Positions 1 to 11,559 of a stretch of 64,000 nucleotides of DNA are shown here, in pieces. The position numbers and the translations under genes were made by a program. The DNA comes from Lingula anatina (Eukaryota > Animalia > Brachiopoda). The DNA lies in contig CM120640.1 in the NCBI GenBank assembly GCA_051362555.1, positions 49,950,788 through 50,014,787 of the forward strand. Reading direction: 5' to 3'. Numbering within the stretch: position 1 is the stretch's first letter; the number at the start of each line of letters is the position of its first letter. The notes under the pieces are model-generated. The model made no database searches and was not told the origin of the DNA. It saw only the letters and a list, made by a program, of their open reading frames with translations.

Positions 1-214
1 ATTCGTATGGGAAAATAACAAGAGTTCTCAAAATATGCAAAAAAATGTGAAAAAACAAACCTGTAAACATGGTCCAGTGAACCAGATTTTCGAATTGACC
101 TGTATTTTCCTAACATTGATCGCTCCTGTGATTTTCTAGACAATAGACCAATTGGTTTTCCTTGAAATGTGTTATCAGTGTTGTATATGCGGACAAAAGA
201 GAAAACCTAGGGGT

Positions 215-530
215 AACACTGGGCATATCTTTGCTAGTTTTGAAAATATGAGGGGCAAAAAAATATGTTCAGTTCAAGGTGAAAAATTAGGCCAAAGGTC
301 AATTTCAGGGTCACAGCTAGATTGCCAGTATATGACTTCCTATTCAAGTTACTATGGGCGTATCTTTGCCAGTTTTGGAGATATAAAGATCAGAAAACTT
401 GCAAAGTGCAGTTCATCATGAAAAGTAGGTCAAAGATCAATTTCAAGGCCACAGTTAGATTAACAGTATATGACTTCCTATTCAAGTCCAATTGTAACTA
501 TGGGCGTATCTCTGCTGATTTTGGAGTATT
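215..530. repeat. Diverged internal tandem repeat (~140-bp period), probably part of a non-autonomous element that runs off the window start
   Basis: The block AAAG(G/A)TCAATTTCA..CACAG.TAGATT..CAGTATATGACTTCCTATTCAAGT..ACTATGGGCGTATCT occurs at ~295-380 and ~432-525; a third GGGCATATCTTTGCTAGTTTTG copy lies at ~221. Confidence 0.6.
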
Positions 531-901
531 TCACATTTTATTTTCACCACTGAATATTTTGATATAGCGCAATGCCAAAACCGTATCGAAAACGAAAAAT
601 GGACACCATGTCCAATATTGTGCTTGACAAGTTCTACAAAATGCTAAAATCAGAAGGTCTCTAGCATTTACGGTTCCAGAATTAGAGAGAGTTTTCAGTT
701 TCGGTATCTAATGGCTGCTTCTCTCGTGATTGACCCCAAACTCCCAAAGATGAAAGGAGTCCTTAATTGTAAACCCTCACTATAAGTATAATACGAGAAC
801 TTAGGTCTGTGTAGTTTCGGAAAATTGGCACAAACAAATACTTTCTGCTGAAAATTCCCATTTTTTTAAATTTTGGCCCATGAGTACCGCCAGCGTACAC
901 G

Positions 902-902
<1 letters not shown>

Positions 903-978
<76 letters not shown>
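903..978. repeat. (TA)n microsatellite
   Basis: Direct reading; further (TA)n tracts at ~11266-11306, ~14979-15028 and ~23669-23722. Confidence 0.98.
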
Positions 979-981
<3 letters not shown>

Positions 982-1110
982 ATATTGATATCATATATTT
1001 GTCCCCTGAAAAAAGTGCATGTGTACAATTAAAATTTGTTATTCATATTTTTGAAAACATGCTTGTGGTTGTTTTTCAATTTTGTAACTTTCACAACTAC
1101 ATTTACAAGC

Positions 1111-1425
1111 ATGTATGTATCCCCACACTCACCCCATGCACACACATGTATGTATCCCCACACTCACCCCATGCACACACATGTATGTATCCCCACACTC
1201 ACCCCATGCACACACATGTATGTATCCCCACACTCACCCCTTGCACACACATGTATGTATCCCCACACTCACCCCATGCACACACATGTATGTATCCCCA
1301 CACTCACCCCATGCACACACATGTATGTATCCCCACACTCACCCCATGCACACACATGTATGTATCCCCACACTCACCCCATGCACACACATGTATGTAT
1401 CCCCACACTCACCCCATGCACACAC
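1111..1425. repeat. 35-bp minisatellite, 9 copies
   Basis: Unit ATGTATGTATCCCCACACTCACCCCATGCACACAC; one substitution seen at 1241. It explains the His/Pro/Cys-rich ORFs in all three frames. Confidence 0.97.
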
Positions 1426-1852
1426 ATGCAGGACGGATAACAATGCCAATCCACAAACCATTTCATCTTTTTTACAACAAAGCATGATGTAATTGCATAA
1501 GAAAGCAAGTATAAAATATTTAACTGTGAATTCATTCAACATATGAGACTAGACTGCCAGGGCTATCAGCCGACACTGTGATTAATTACGCTAAATATAC
1601 ACCTTGTTGGAAAAATCGAAAATCACCAAGTTACAGGTTTGGTCAGTTCCCAAAAATTTTACATGTTTAAAAATGAATGTCAAACTAAGAAAAAAAACTA
1701 AACAGATAGAAGAAAAATCCTTCATCTGCATTTGGCACCATTAAAAAACACATGTTTACAACGCAGCTTTGTGTGCGGCCATTTTGGAAGAAGAATGTAA
1801 CTTCAGAAAATACTCAGTGAAATCGATACACGTGTGGTGTATATAATGTAAC

Positions 1853-2197
1853 TTAAAGGGATAATAACTCTACGTATGATATCTTTATTTCACAATAAAA
1901 ACATTGTGAACAACTCATAGAAATATAATATATTCTGTTTTACCACAAAAACGGCAGTTATAGCTATTATTCTGATATCTGAGCTTGTCTTCAGATCACG
2001 TGACTCCCATTGATGGCTGTACTTTGTTATAATCTCTTAAGAGATTTTAACCAAAAAACCAAACTTTTTAGAAAAAAACCAGGGACTAACTTTGAATGTA
2101 AAAATGGATTCATTAACCATTGGTAAGTATGGGAAAATTGTTGTTTACTCCGGGCAAATTCATTTTTTTGACCAAAACGAAGTTATTATCCCTTTAA
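1853..2197 (+). mobile_element. TTAA-flanked MITE (Kolobok-like non-autonomous DNA transposon), copy 1
   Basis: TTAA-AGGGATAATAACT ... AGTTATTATCCCT-TTAA; homologous copies at 37998-38323 (inverted) and ~56160-56433 (decayed). Confidence 0.85.
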
Positions 2198-2369
2198 GCA
2201 TATACTGTATTGTCCTGTCAAATCTATTACTATAGATCAACTGGTCATTGTATAAACATATGCACGTCTTACCTGTCTCTTTGCCTTCTTCTCCCGCCAT
2301 TTTTTCGTGGAGCGGTCAGACCCCTTTTTGAAAACGAGGCGAAATCTGATATTTTCCTAGCACAGGAAC

Positions 2370-3180
2370 AAAACGTCGTGCCTCGATATGAAACTAGGCA
2401 GCCCTGGTGTTTTAGCCTTCAAATTCTAAAAAAATCAATTAAGCTAATAAATTGGCCTCGCATAAGAATTATCGTACATTTTATATTTATTATTATTGAA
2501 GTTCACAATAATAAACGAGTCGCCTTTTGATATATGCCATGCTATGATTTTTATAAAATAATATCAATTTTTACGAGATAACAAATTGCATCTTAGTGTT
2601 TGGTTTCATTGCCACGTTTTCAAAAAATTAGAACTAGCGCTCCAAACAGGGAAGACGAAGTTTAAAAATTGACATTGGCCGATTTCGCCCTCGCATAAGA
2701 ATATCCTTGCAGCATTATCTGCAATTAACCTTTCTACGATTTTAAATGCATTTTGCATTTTCAATCTGCCACATTTATTTATCAAGAGTGGGGGAGGGGT
2801 GGAAAATCCTCTTCGGGCCACATACAGCACTATAAATACAAAGGGTATCCCCTTACAATAAAGGCAAAGTAAATGTTATTCTAAGGAAAGTCCAATGGAT
2901 TTGTTTTTTATTACATACAATCAATATTATTTCTCAAATCAACATCAGAAAGCAAATTAAATTAAATCAACCAGACCGTAAGAACCGGCAGGCTTTGTCA
3001 ATTTCACCACTGGTTTATTTCAAAAAGCGCGCTTTTCGCGCATGCACAGTCGTTTGAATCTTGTGCTTATTTTCCTAAATAACCGAGCACTAAATAACCG
3101 TCATATGAGAACAATGTTTAGAATTTGGAGTCTAAAAACATCAGAGCTGTCTGGTTTCATATCGAGGCACAACGTTTTTT
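2370..3180. repeat. Pair of ~63-bp diverged inverted repeats ~700 bp apart (probable DNA transposon relic)
   Basis: 2370-2432 (AAACGTCGTGCCTCGATATGAAAC...CAAATTCTAAA) is approximately the reverse complement of 3117-3180 (TTTAGAATTTG...GTTTCATATCGAGGCACAACGTTT). Confidence 0.7.
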
Positions 3181-5752
3181 TTTTCTTTCAATTATTAACT
3201 CGATTCCTTAACATCACAAGGTCGGCACAAAGTTCAGGCAGATATAATGGCGGAGCAGTTTCAGACTGGTTATGAATAAAATATTGCCAGCTGAAGGTTT
3301 TCCTCTTTCCCACTATAGTTAATAGTGATTTAGTAGGAGTTGTAATAATAACATGGAATGATGGATCTTGGGAGCAAAGACAACATCATTAAGGTAAATG
3401 TTTTTACTTATTAGTGTAGACATAAACATGGAGACTATACCTGTATTTTTAAGTTCATGTTTCGGGCTCTTGAATTTAAAAAGCCACCAGACATAATAAG
3501 CATGTGCTAAAGATGGTGCCACAATTGTTAAATTGGAAAAAGTATCGGTGGAAGTGGCCACAATATATGCATTTTGTTTGGCGTTGAAAAGTTTTCATGC
3601 GGGAATGTCTGATGGGGAGTTGTGTAAACACTTTAACTGAAATGAATACTACCTCCCACGCGTTTTACAAAGTTATTTAACAAGCGTCAGTTCAAATTCA
3701 TTTGTTCATTTATGAATAAGAAATGATGCAGCTTCCAAATAGGGAAGTCAGGTCACCGCTCACACAGTCCAAAACGGGAAAAAATCTAACCTCGCTGATT
3801 GTTTTCCATCATAACCTCCAAGATTTGAGCCCTATGATAAATATGAAAATATATTTAAAAAGAACATTAAATGGGCTTTGTAACAACATGTTAACAATGT
3901 ATCATTTCTCCGTTGTAAGCCTCCAGCCACGAAAATGGCGCGAGAAATCGCTAGCGATTTTACTTCCTCGTTTGGTTCCCACTATTTACGAATCTTGCTC
4001 AACCTGCGCGTTTCGCGCCATTTTTCCAAAGGCTCCGTACGGTGCCCTGGGTGTTATTTCCTCGTATTTGGCCACATATTCATTCAGACAATGAACCAAC
4101 CGTTCGAATGATAGGTTACAGAAGGTGATTTAACCGAAAACAGCAACCGTAACTAGCTTGTAAAGTCTTTAATCGTGTTTTAGAGTTAGAGTAACGAAGT
4201 TCAGAATATTCTGTAACCCCTTCCTAGATATTTTAACTAATTCTCGGTTCAAATAAGTTATTCATTTATCATTTTTCAGTAAGATATAGCCGAAACAGCC
4301 GTTAGAAAATCAGTGACTTTGATCTCACCGTAAACAAAATAACAAAATGGCGGACACATCAAGCTGTTCTTCTGCTGATGAAAAAACAACTGCACTTTCA
4401 GCACCCAAAGAGGATCAAGATATCAGAATACCTAATTGGAAAATCTTTGAATTTTTCACGAATCACAACGATATTGATAAAACGTCTGCAATTCAAGAAT
4501 ATAGAGTTTATTTTATTTTTCAAACAAAGCATGAAATTGCGTACAATATCGATGGGCCTAATGCTTTTTGAACTCGTTAGTGAACATAAAAAGGGGAATC
4601 TTAGTTAAAATCATGGAGATATGCAATGACTCTAGAATGGTTAATGACAGTCAAACAAAAGTGAACCAAAGTAGTATTTTTTTCTTAACAACAACAAAAA
4701 CTGCCATTACGTTATGTCAGTATCTTCGAAAAAATCTCACTGGCTTTGTTTTACCTAGCTGCTACTGTATGATGTCCAATATCAATTAAATTTTTTGGCA
4801 AAATGATAACTTACCAAAATCGGATATAACTTATTTTCATTATGCATTCTGGTATTTTATACTAGTTAAACCTTAAAATCCTATATGCAGTTGTCATTGT
4901 AATATTGGTTGCCATGGCAATATTGACATTGCATTTGTTTACTATTCAACTTAAATTCATATATTGAGTACCTCTTCATATTCAGTTTAAAAATTCGTGA
5001 TAATGTGTAAAAAAAATAATTCAAACTGTTTTCATAACAACAGCTATCATAATGACAGTTTCCATAGCAACAGATACATTAGAAGCCATTATTTTTGTTT
5101 TCAGTGATGGTGCATTTTTTAAAATTATTTTCATCCAAATGTAACCTTTGGGAAGTGATTCTGAAGCCTTTAGGTTGAAAAAAAATAGTATTGTTTGCTG
5201 TTGACATTTAGCAACGGTTGCCATGGAAATAATGGATTAATTCCAGAGAAGTATATCTTGGCAGATTCATCTTGGCATAGTGTAACTTTCCAGACAACTT
5301 CAAAAGTTCCATTCAAAAGTTATGCCAATTTTGTTTAATTGGTTGGGAAATTTGGTGACACTTTTGGCTTCAACTGTTACATATTCTTGCATACAAAACT
5401 TTTTAAAAATTTGTGGCCGACTAGCATTCTTGTTAATTTAATAACTTTTTGATTGGCTTGCTTGATTTTCAAAAAATAAACTGTTTTTGGAAAGCTCATG
5501 AATTGCTCTATCAGAAAATATCACTTTGGCTGATATTTATGTTACTTCCAAAGTTGACCTGACCTCATTCCAAAACAAAAATTGAATCAGTGTAAGGAAT
5601 TTTCATTCATAGCTGTCACACATAATCGGAGTCCATACCAGATATAAAGCATTCAGGTAATGACTTTGTTCAAAATAAAAAATATATCCAAAAGTATGGT
5701 AAACTTTCGTGTTTGTTAACTTGGCCAAATATCTGAAATAAGTGAAGAACAG

Positions 5753-8700
5753 ATGAAGCACCGAATGGCGATAATGAAGAAAAACGTATCTATTCTTTTA
5801 GAAACAAAAACGAAATGCTTTCAGGTCCCAGACGCCGAAGGCAATACAATAACCATGATTGAGCACGCTGGGTTTCATTGGCCCCCATTGCCCGGGTTAT
5901 CACAGCGACTGGAGGAAGACTTGGTTCGGTTCAAAGCTAGACCTGACGATACATGGGTTATCACTTGGCCTAAATCAGGTACTGGAAACAGAAAAGATTA
6001 TATATATATATATGGCATAACTTCGCAAATAAAATAGTTTGCTTGTGTGAAGAAAAGAGAAAAGTAAGCATTATTTGTTCTTACGGTTCTTAATATTTAT
6101 TGCGCATAAGATATTAACTCATAACTTTCACACACACAAAAAAAAAAGAAAAATGCATAAATTTTAGAAAAACAATCCAATCCAGCTCGGCCTAAAACTC
6201 GAACTGTCTTTTAGTCCTGTGAATCATTTTTGTAAGTTTCAGAGTAATGGTTACTTTTTACTATTTGAAAGTCCATTGCAATGACGAACGCATGCGATGG
6301 AGATATTTCCAAACGCCTGTTTATAATGAGAAAGTTATTAATAATGATTGTAGGCACACACTCGTGTTAACGTCGGGAGATATGTGGTACATTGTATGCT
6401 AGTCGGTGACAAAGCCGAAAATCCACTGTCGCTGCTACTGAGTATACTCCAACGCTGTGGGGAAACTACATACCATTACCTACGCGGACAGTAAAAGAAC
6501 ACGCTATATATCCACAGAGAATCCCATGCTGATCTTTACGGTTAGACATCCCAAGCATGAGGCAATGATGAGTGTGCATACTGGGTGTAAGCTTATGCTA
6601 AGTGTGTGTGTGTGCGGCTATTTCTACTACACCGTATGTAAAAAATAACGTGCATTGTATTATATTATGCATACAGGGACTCACTGGTGTTGGGAGATAT
6701 GCAGTATGCTAGTCAGTGGTAAAGCCGAGCTGTTACAACAATCTAAAGTTACTGCAATGTACCCTGACTTTGTGGGAAACGCTGAAGTAGACCCCATACC
6801 ATCACCCCGAGTATTAAACACCCACGCAGCCCCTGATTACTTCCCAAAAGAAGCGCTGGAGAAGTCCAAGTTGATTTTTACAGTGAGACATCCCAAGGAT
6901 GCGGTTGTGTCTTATTTTCACCACACAAAGGGGATAAAACAGAACGAGTATGAAAGAGGAACGTGGGCTGGGTTTCTGTCTGTCATTCTTGAGAAGAAAA
7001 GTACGTTATATAATCTTTTGAATTATCAATAATAGATGCCTTTCTTAAGCAACACTGATGACATGTAAAGTAAGAGTTAATGTTTTCGGATTTAAGATAT
7101 TTTACAACTGGATTAAAATAAATGAAATTATTGCATCCATAAATATTCAAATTGATAAATCGCCCTCCTAAATCCTCATATTTGTTATAGTTGAATATCG
7201 GACTTTCATGCACCTAAAAGCTTGTTGGAACTATTAGTTGTAAATTTCTTTGTCTTGATGTTTTTCTGTAGACAGTGGGCACTAGGTAACTAGGTGGAAA
7301 TCCTGTGAAATGCCTCTTCCACTGTCGATTAAACCAAGTTATGATCGTTGTAGTCATTTAGAAAAGGACTACATAGTATCTGTTTCCCACCTGAGTTACA
7401 AATTGTTTTATGTATTATCAATAATATTGTTATTTAGATGAATACGGAGACTGGATAAACCATACAGAGTCTTGGTTGTCTCTTTTGGACGGCAAATCCA
7501 ACGCTCTTATTCTCAAATTTGAGGACTTGAAAAAGGTTCGTATAAGTAAATTCTACGTCTTGGCTTGTAATGGCTAATTAAAACAACAGTTATGGTAAAT
7601 AATTGTGTTTATGGAGGAAATGGCAGGGGATAGTGCAAATTTAGGGTGTCTTTGGCTTATAAACTAAACACAAAGTGCAACAGATGACCGGAGCTGTATC
7701 GATAGTTTTAATCATTGTGGGCTAAGACATTGAAATACTAGCACTGGTTTTTAGCTGCGGTTGAGTGCAGTGATTATAGTCCACTTGAATTGTTTTATCA
7801 GTTACACTTGAAGATAACTTACTTAAAATATTATTTCAATTTTTAATGATGATTCGTCTTTATTACTGGTGGCTGCAAGTTCATATGGACATTACCCCCT
7901 TACAATGGAGCAAAAAGTTGGCAAAGAGCAAAACAATGGCCACAAAATGTGAGAGAAGCTCACTTCCACGCCATTACTTACACGTACACGCGTAATAATT
8001 TTTAAAAGAAGTACACATCATTATCGTAAAATAATAATATATAGTCGCAAAACATTTCAATTTTTTCATCATCAGTTTTTACCCACGTGGCATATTTTTT
8101 CGGAATTTCAGGACTTAAGGAAAGAAGTTCAACATATTGCCGAGTTTCTTGAAGTATCACGTTCGAATGAATTTTACGACGATGTTACTCGTCTTTGTTC
8201 CTTTGACAGCATGAAGGAAGGGAAATTGTCTGGCAAAGATAGCTTTCTATGGAGAGCAGAGTCATCAGGAGTATTCAGGAAAGGTTAGTGGGAACGGGTC
8301 TTGGCATTTTATAAATAGAATATATAGAAGGTCGTTACGCGTAACGTTGATCGACACGAAATCTTTAGTCATTTTGGGGCTAACTCTTAAAATAATGAGA
8401 CTGTTGGCTATGTTGATTTTCACAAAAATATTAGGGCGCTTACCTTGTTTTTCTTTCTAAAAAATTAGCCGAGACTTCCAGGAAGTTGCATAAACTCCGT
8501 TTCAACTACTAAAATCCATTTATCAGCAAGTATTTTTTTTTGTTTGTTGTTTGTTGAATATTTTATAGTCTAAACGTTTGGTTAAATATTTTTTTCAAAA
8601 AGTATAAAATTGAATTAAAATTACCCATGGCGGTCTTACTAAAGGAGTGATATTTTCACCATTACTTTGTTTTTGAAAATTTTCTCTAAGTGAAACTATT

Positions 8701-8871
8701 CAGTTACGTTGTGAAGTTCGTTATTCTTTTTTTATTTTACTATTGTTAGGCGAGAGTGAAGATTGGAAACGTCACTTTACTGTTGCACAAAACGAAGAGT
8801 TCAACAGATTCATTAACGAAAGGCTTAAAGACACTATCTACGCCAAGAAAATTGGTTACGAATTCCTGTAA
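5753..8871 (+). CDS. Cytosolic sulfotransferase (SULT1-like, Sulfotransfer_1 family); exons ~5753-5978, 6677-7000, 7438-7535, 8112-8283, 8750-8871
   Basis: The spliced product has RPDDTW, the 5'-PSB loop TWPKSGTHW across intron 1, catalytic-His region NTH, 3'-PB RHPKDAVVSYFHH, YGDW, KFEDLK and FRKGESEDWKRHFTVAQNEEF; splice phases are consistent. The start codon is uncertain (possible acceptors at 5801 and 5824). Confidence 0.93.
6354..6565 (+). pseudogene. Decayed tandem duplicate of sulfotransferase exon 2 inside intron 1
   Basis: ag|GC ACA CAC (GTH), GGGAGATATG, GTATGCTAGTC.GTG..AAAGCCGA and LIFTVRHPK match exon 2, with indels and a stop. Confidence 0.75.
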
Positions 8872-9087
8872 GACTGCATTCCCACAGATTTATTGATCGA
8901 TCTATCCCCATGGGGAGTCTCACTAGATTGCTGTCAGCTTAGCCGGCTTAAATGTCTGCCCCGCCTACTAAAAGCTGTAAGGGGGTAATTAACTTTCGTG
9001 CGCGCTCGGCTGACGGCAATTTAGCGTGAACCCCCAGGGAATTAGGTCGATCCAGATGGATCGATCTAAATCTGTGGGAACCCATTC
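8872..9087. mobile_element. PIF/Harbinger (Tourist)-like MITE, copy 1
   Basis: Imperfect TIRs GACTGCATTCCCACAGATTTA / TAAATCTGTGGGAACCCATTC with TAA on both sides; palindromic interior; related inverted copy at 36906-37163. Confidence 0.75.
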
Positions 9088-9279
9088 TAAGAGACCAAAA
9101 AATAACCATCTTGGCACTATCCTCCTCAATCTTGTGAGTGAAAGCACCTTAAAGTTATGTCAAAATAGATAATAGACAAATCCTAGGTGGAACTAGAGGA
9201 AGGTTGATAAGGGCAAAAAAGTCAGAATATATATTACTTAAATTGTACTCGAGAAATCATACGCCTACGTTATAATAAC

Positions 9280-10575
9280 AATAGTTATAATAATAAACTT
9301 TATTTATAGAGGGTAAAACATGTTAAATGCACACACCTATCTAACACATGGCCCTCTAGGGGGTTAAAATGAAATATTGTGTTATTGAATAATTTTATGA
9401 AATTAAAATGGCAATGAGTTTGAAATGAAATGATTTAGAATAACAAAAGTAAAAAGAATAAAACAGAAGCCATTATGTTAGTAAAAATCCTAAAGCTACT
9501 TGACTTAATAGTTGTTGGCCTCTTTGCAACCCCACAATTTGAAATGTGTGCACTATTTGTTTGGAATTATATTTAAAATGTAGATACTTCAGGCGTACAC
9601 ATTATGTTTGTATCAACAAACTCATTCTTTTAAATGACATATCCTATTACTTACGTCAGCTTAGATCAAGGAGACAAAGTTGTATACATAAAATTTACTT
9701 TTGGTTTTTTAAAACAATATTTTAAAAGTATCCAAGTCTTTGGAGTTTTTTTATTTCAGATTGTAGGCAGTTCCATATTTTAATCGAGGTCCATATTGGG
9801 CCTTTAGTTAATATGTCTTATGTCTGCCACTGGTAAAAAGATATTTCCCTTATTATTTGATCGGGTGATTCTGCCTGTAGTGTCTGTGGTTGTAATTCCC
9901 AGTAAGTCTTTAACGTATTTAGGTGAGAGTCCATTCAAAGATTTAAAAACTAATGTGTCTTTCTTAAATTCTATCCGTTTATAGATTGTTTGACATTTTA
10001 GTTTCTTGAAAAGTTCAATTGTTGGATATTTCTTGGCTTCTTTTTCTGGGATATCGAGAATGATTCTTGCTCCACGTTTGTGAAGTTTGTATATATTTTC
10101 TAGTTTTGCACAGCTGCTCTATACTGGAGCAGTAATCCAGATGTGGTAGTATATGTGCATTATAGAACAGTTTTCTTGTTTCCAGTGTTAAGTATCGTTT
10201 TAGTTGGGATAGAAGGGAAAGTTTACTGTTAATTCTTTTTAAGTTTGTGCACATAGTCATTCCAGCTAAGATTTTCATTAATATATATACACTTTGCGTT
10301 TTTGCTGTTTGTACATTATCTAAAATGTCCCCATTTAACATAACTTTTAATGGCTGTTCAGTTTTTTGGTATTTTTTGCACGTTTTTGTCTAGTTGTTAT
10401 AATCATTGCTTTTGTTTTTTTTCGTATTTGGTACCATATAATTTCCCCTGCACCACACCGAAACATGTTCCATGCTGTTATTTAATTTGACGTTTAGTTC
10501 TGGTACAGATTTAGCAGTGACAGTAATGGTAAAGTCATCAGCATACATATAAATTTCTCCATTATCAATATGAAA
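9280..10575 (-). mobile_element. 5'-truncated, degenerate LINE (CR1/L2-like), from the RT C-terminal part to the 3' end
   Basis: The minus strand reads YMYADDFT at ~10530-10550 and LKRYLTLETRKLFYNAHILPHLDYCS in ORF 10015-10341; 3' end AATAAAGTTTATTATTA near 9290; frameshifted. Confidence 0.85.
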
Positions 10576-11263
10576 TTGCTTTTCTGTATAAACATTCTGC
10601 TTAATAAATGTACATAGTATTCACTTATATTCATCTGTCAAATGTATTCAATCAACTTACATTTAAATCAAGAGCTGTATACCAGGAAGAAGTATACAAA
10701 TTGCATTTTAATACTGGTGGCATAACATTTTGGTATTATACATTTTTATGTCAGGCGAAAAAATGAGCTAAGAAAGCCCGAAGTCATTCTGTCTCAACAC
10801 CTATGTTACAACGTTACAAGATACAAGCGCTAATTCTGAATGATAACAGTTCAAAATACCGTCCGTGAACGTGAATGTTTTAGTCATGATACCTGAAATC
10901 AGCCCAACTTCTCCAACTTTTCCTGCACAAAGCGCGTAGAGAAACTTGTACACACATCAGTAGCTATAAATTGGATCTAATTACAGTATGTAAAAACGTA
11001 TTGGACTTATTTTTTTTCAATTGGATGCACGTACTGCCATAATAAAAACGCATAAATGATCTTGGAACTAAATTGAAGTATAATTTGTTTGATATGTTAT
11101 TACAAGCATGAAAAACAAACTGAACTAATGCCCTTGAATGCGAAAAATGGCTGTACATGTTGTATGCTCCGTCCGGTCAATCCGATGGGGGGATTGTCTA
11201 TTCGTGTAAAAATAAAAAAGATGTGCATTTTTCCGAGTGTGTACATTTATTTAATACTCCTGT

Positions 11264-11310
<47 letters not shown>

Positions 11311-11559
11311 AATATACACGTATAATTAGACAGTGATGACTGCTATTATTTTTCTCGAATTTGTTATTAAAATCCTTCAAGAGCCTCTCAAAGGTACCTC
11401 TTTTATGAAACTGACAGCTCATAACGAAAGAAGATGTAACAAATCTGAACTGCAATTTCTCTAAATGCAGATTGCAACGAGAAGAAATCACTTAAAAACC
11501 GAAGAGGCTAGTGTAGTGTTAATATAAGTCAATAATCTTAATAGCAATAATTTCTCAAT

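Noticed and set aside
873-1492. His/Cys/Pro-rich ORFs resembling a metal-binding protein, and a CRISPR-like periodicity
   Set aside because: Products of (TA)n plus a spacer-less 35-bp minisatellite; the same peptide cycles through all three frames
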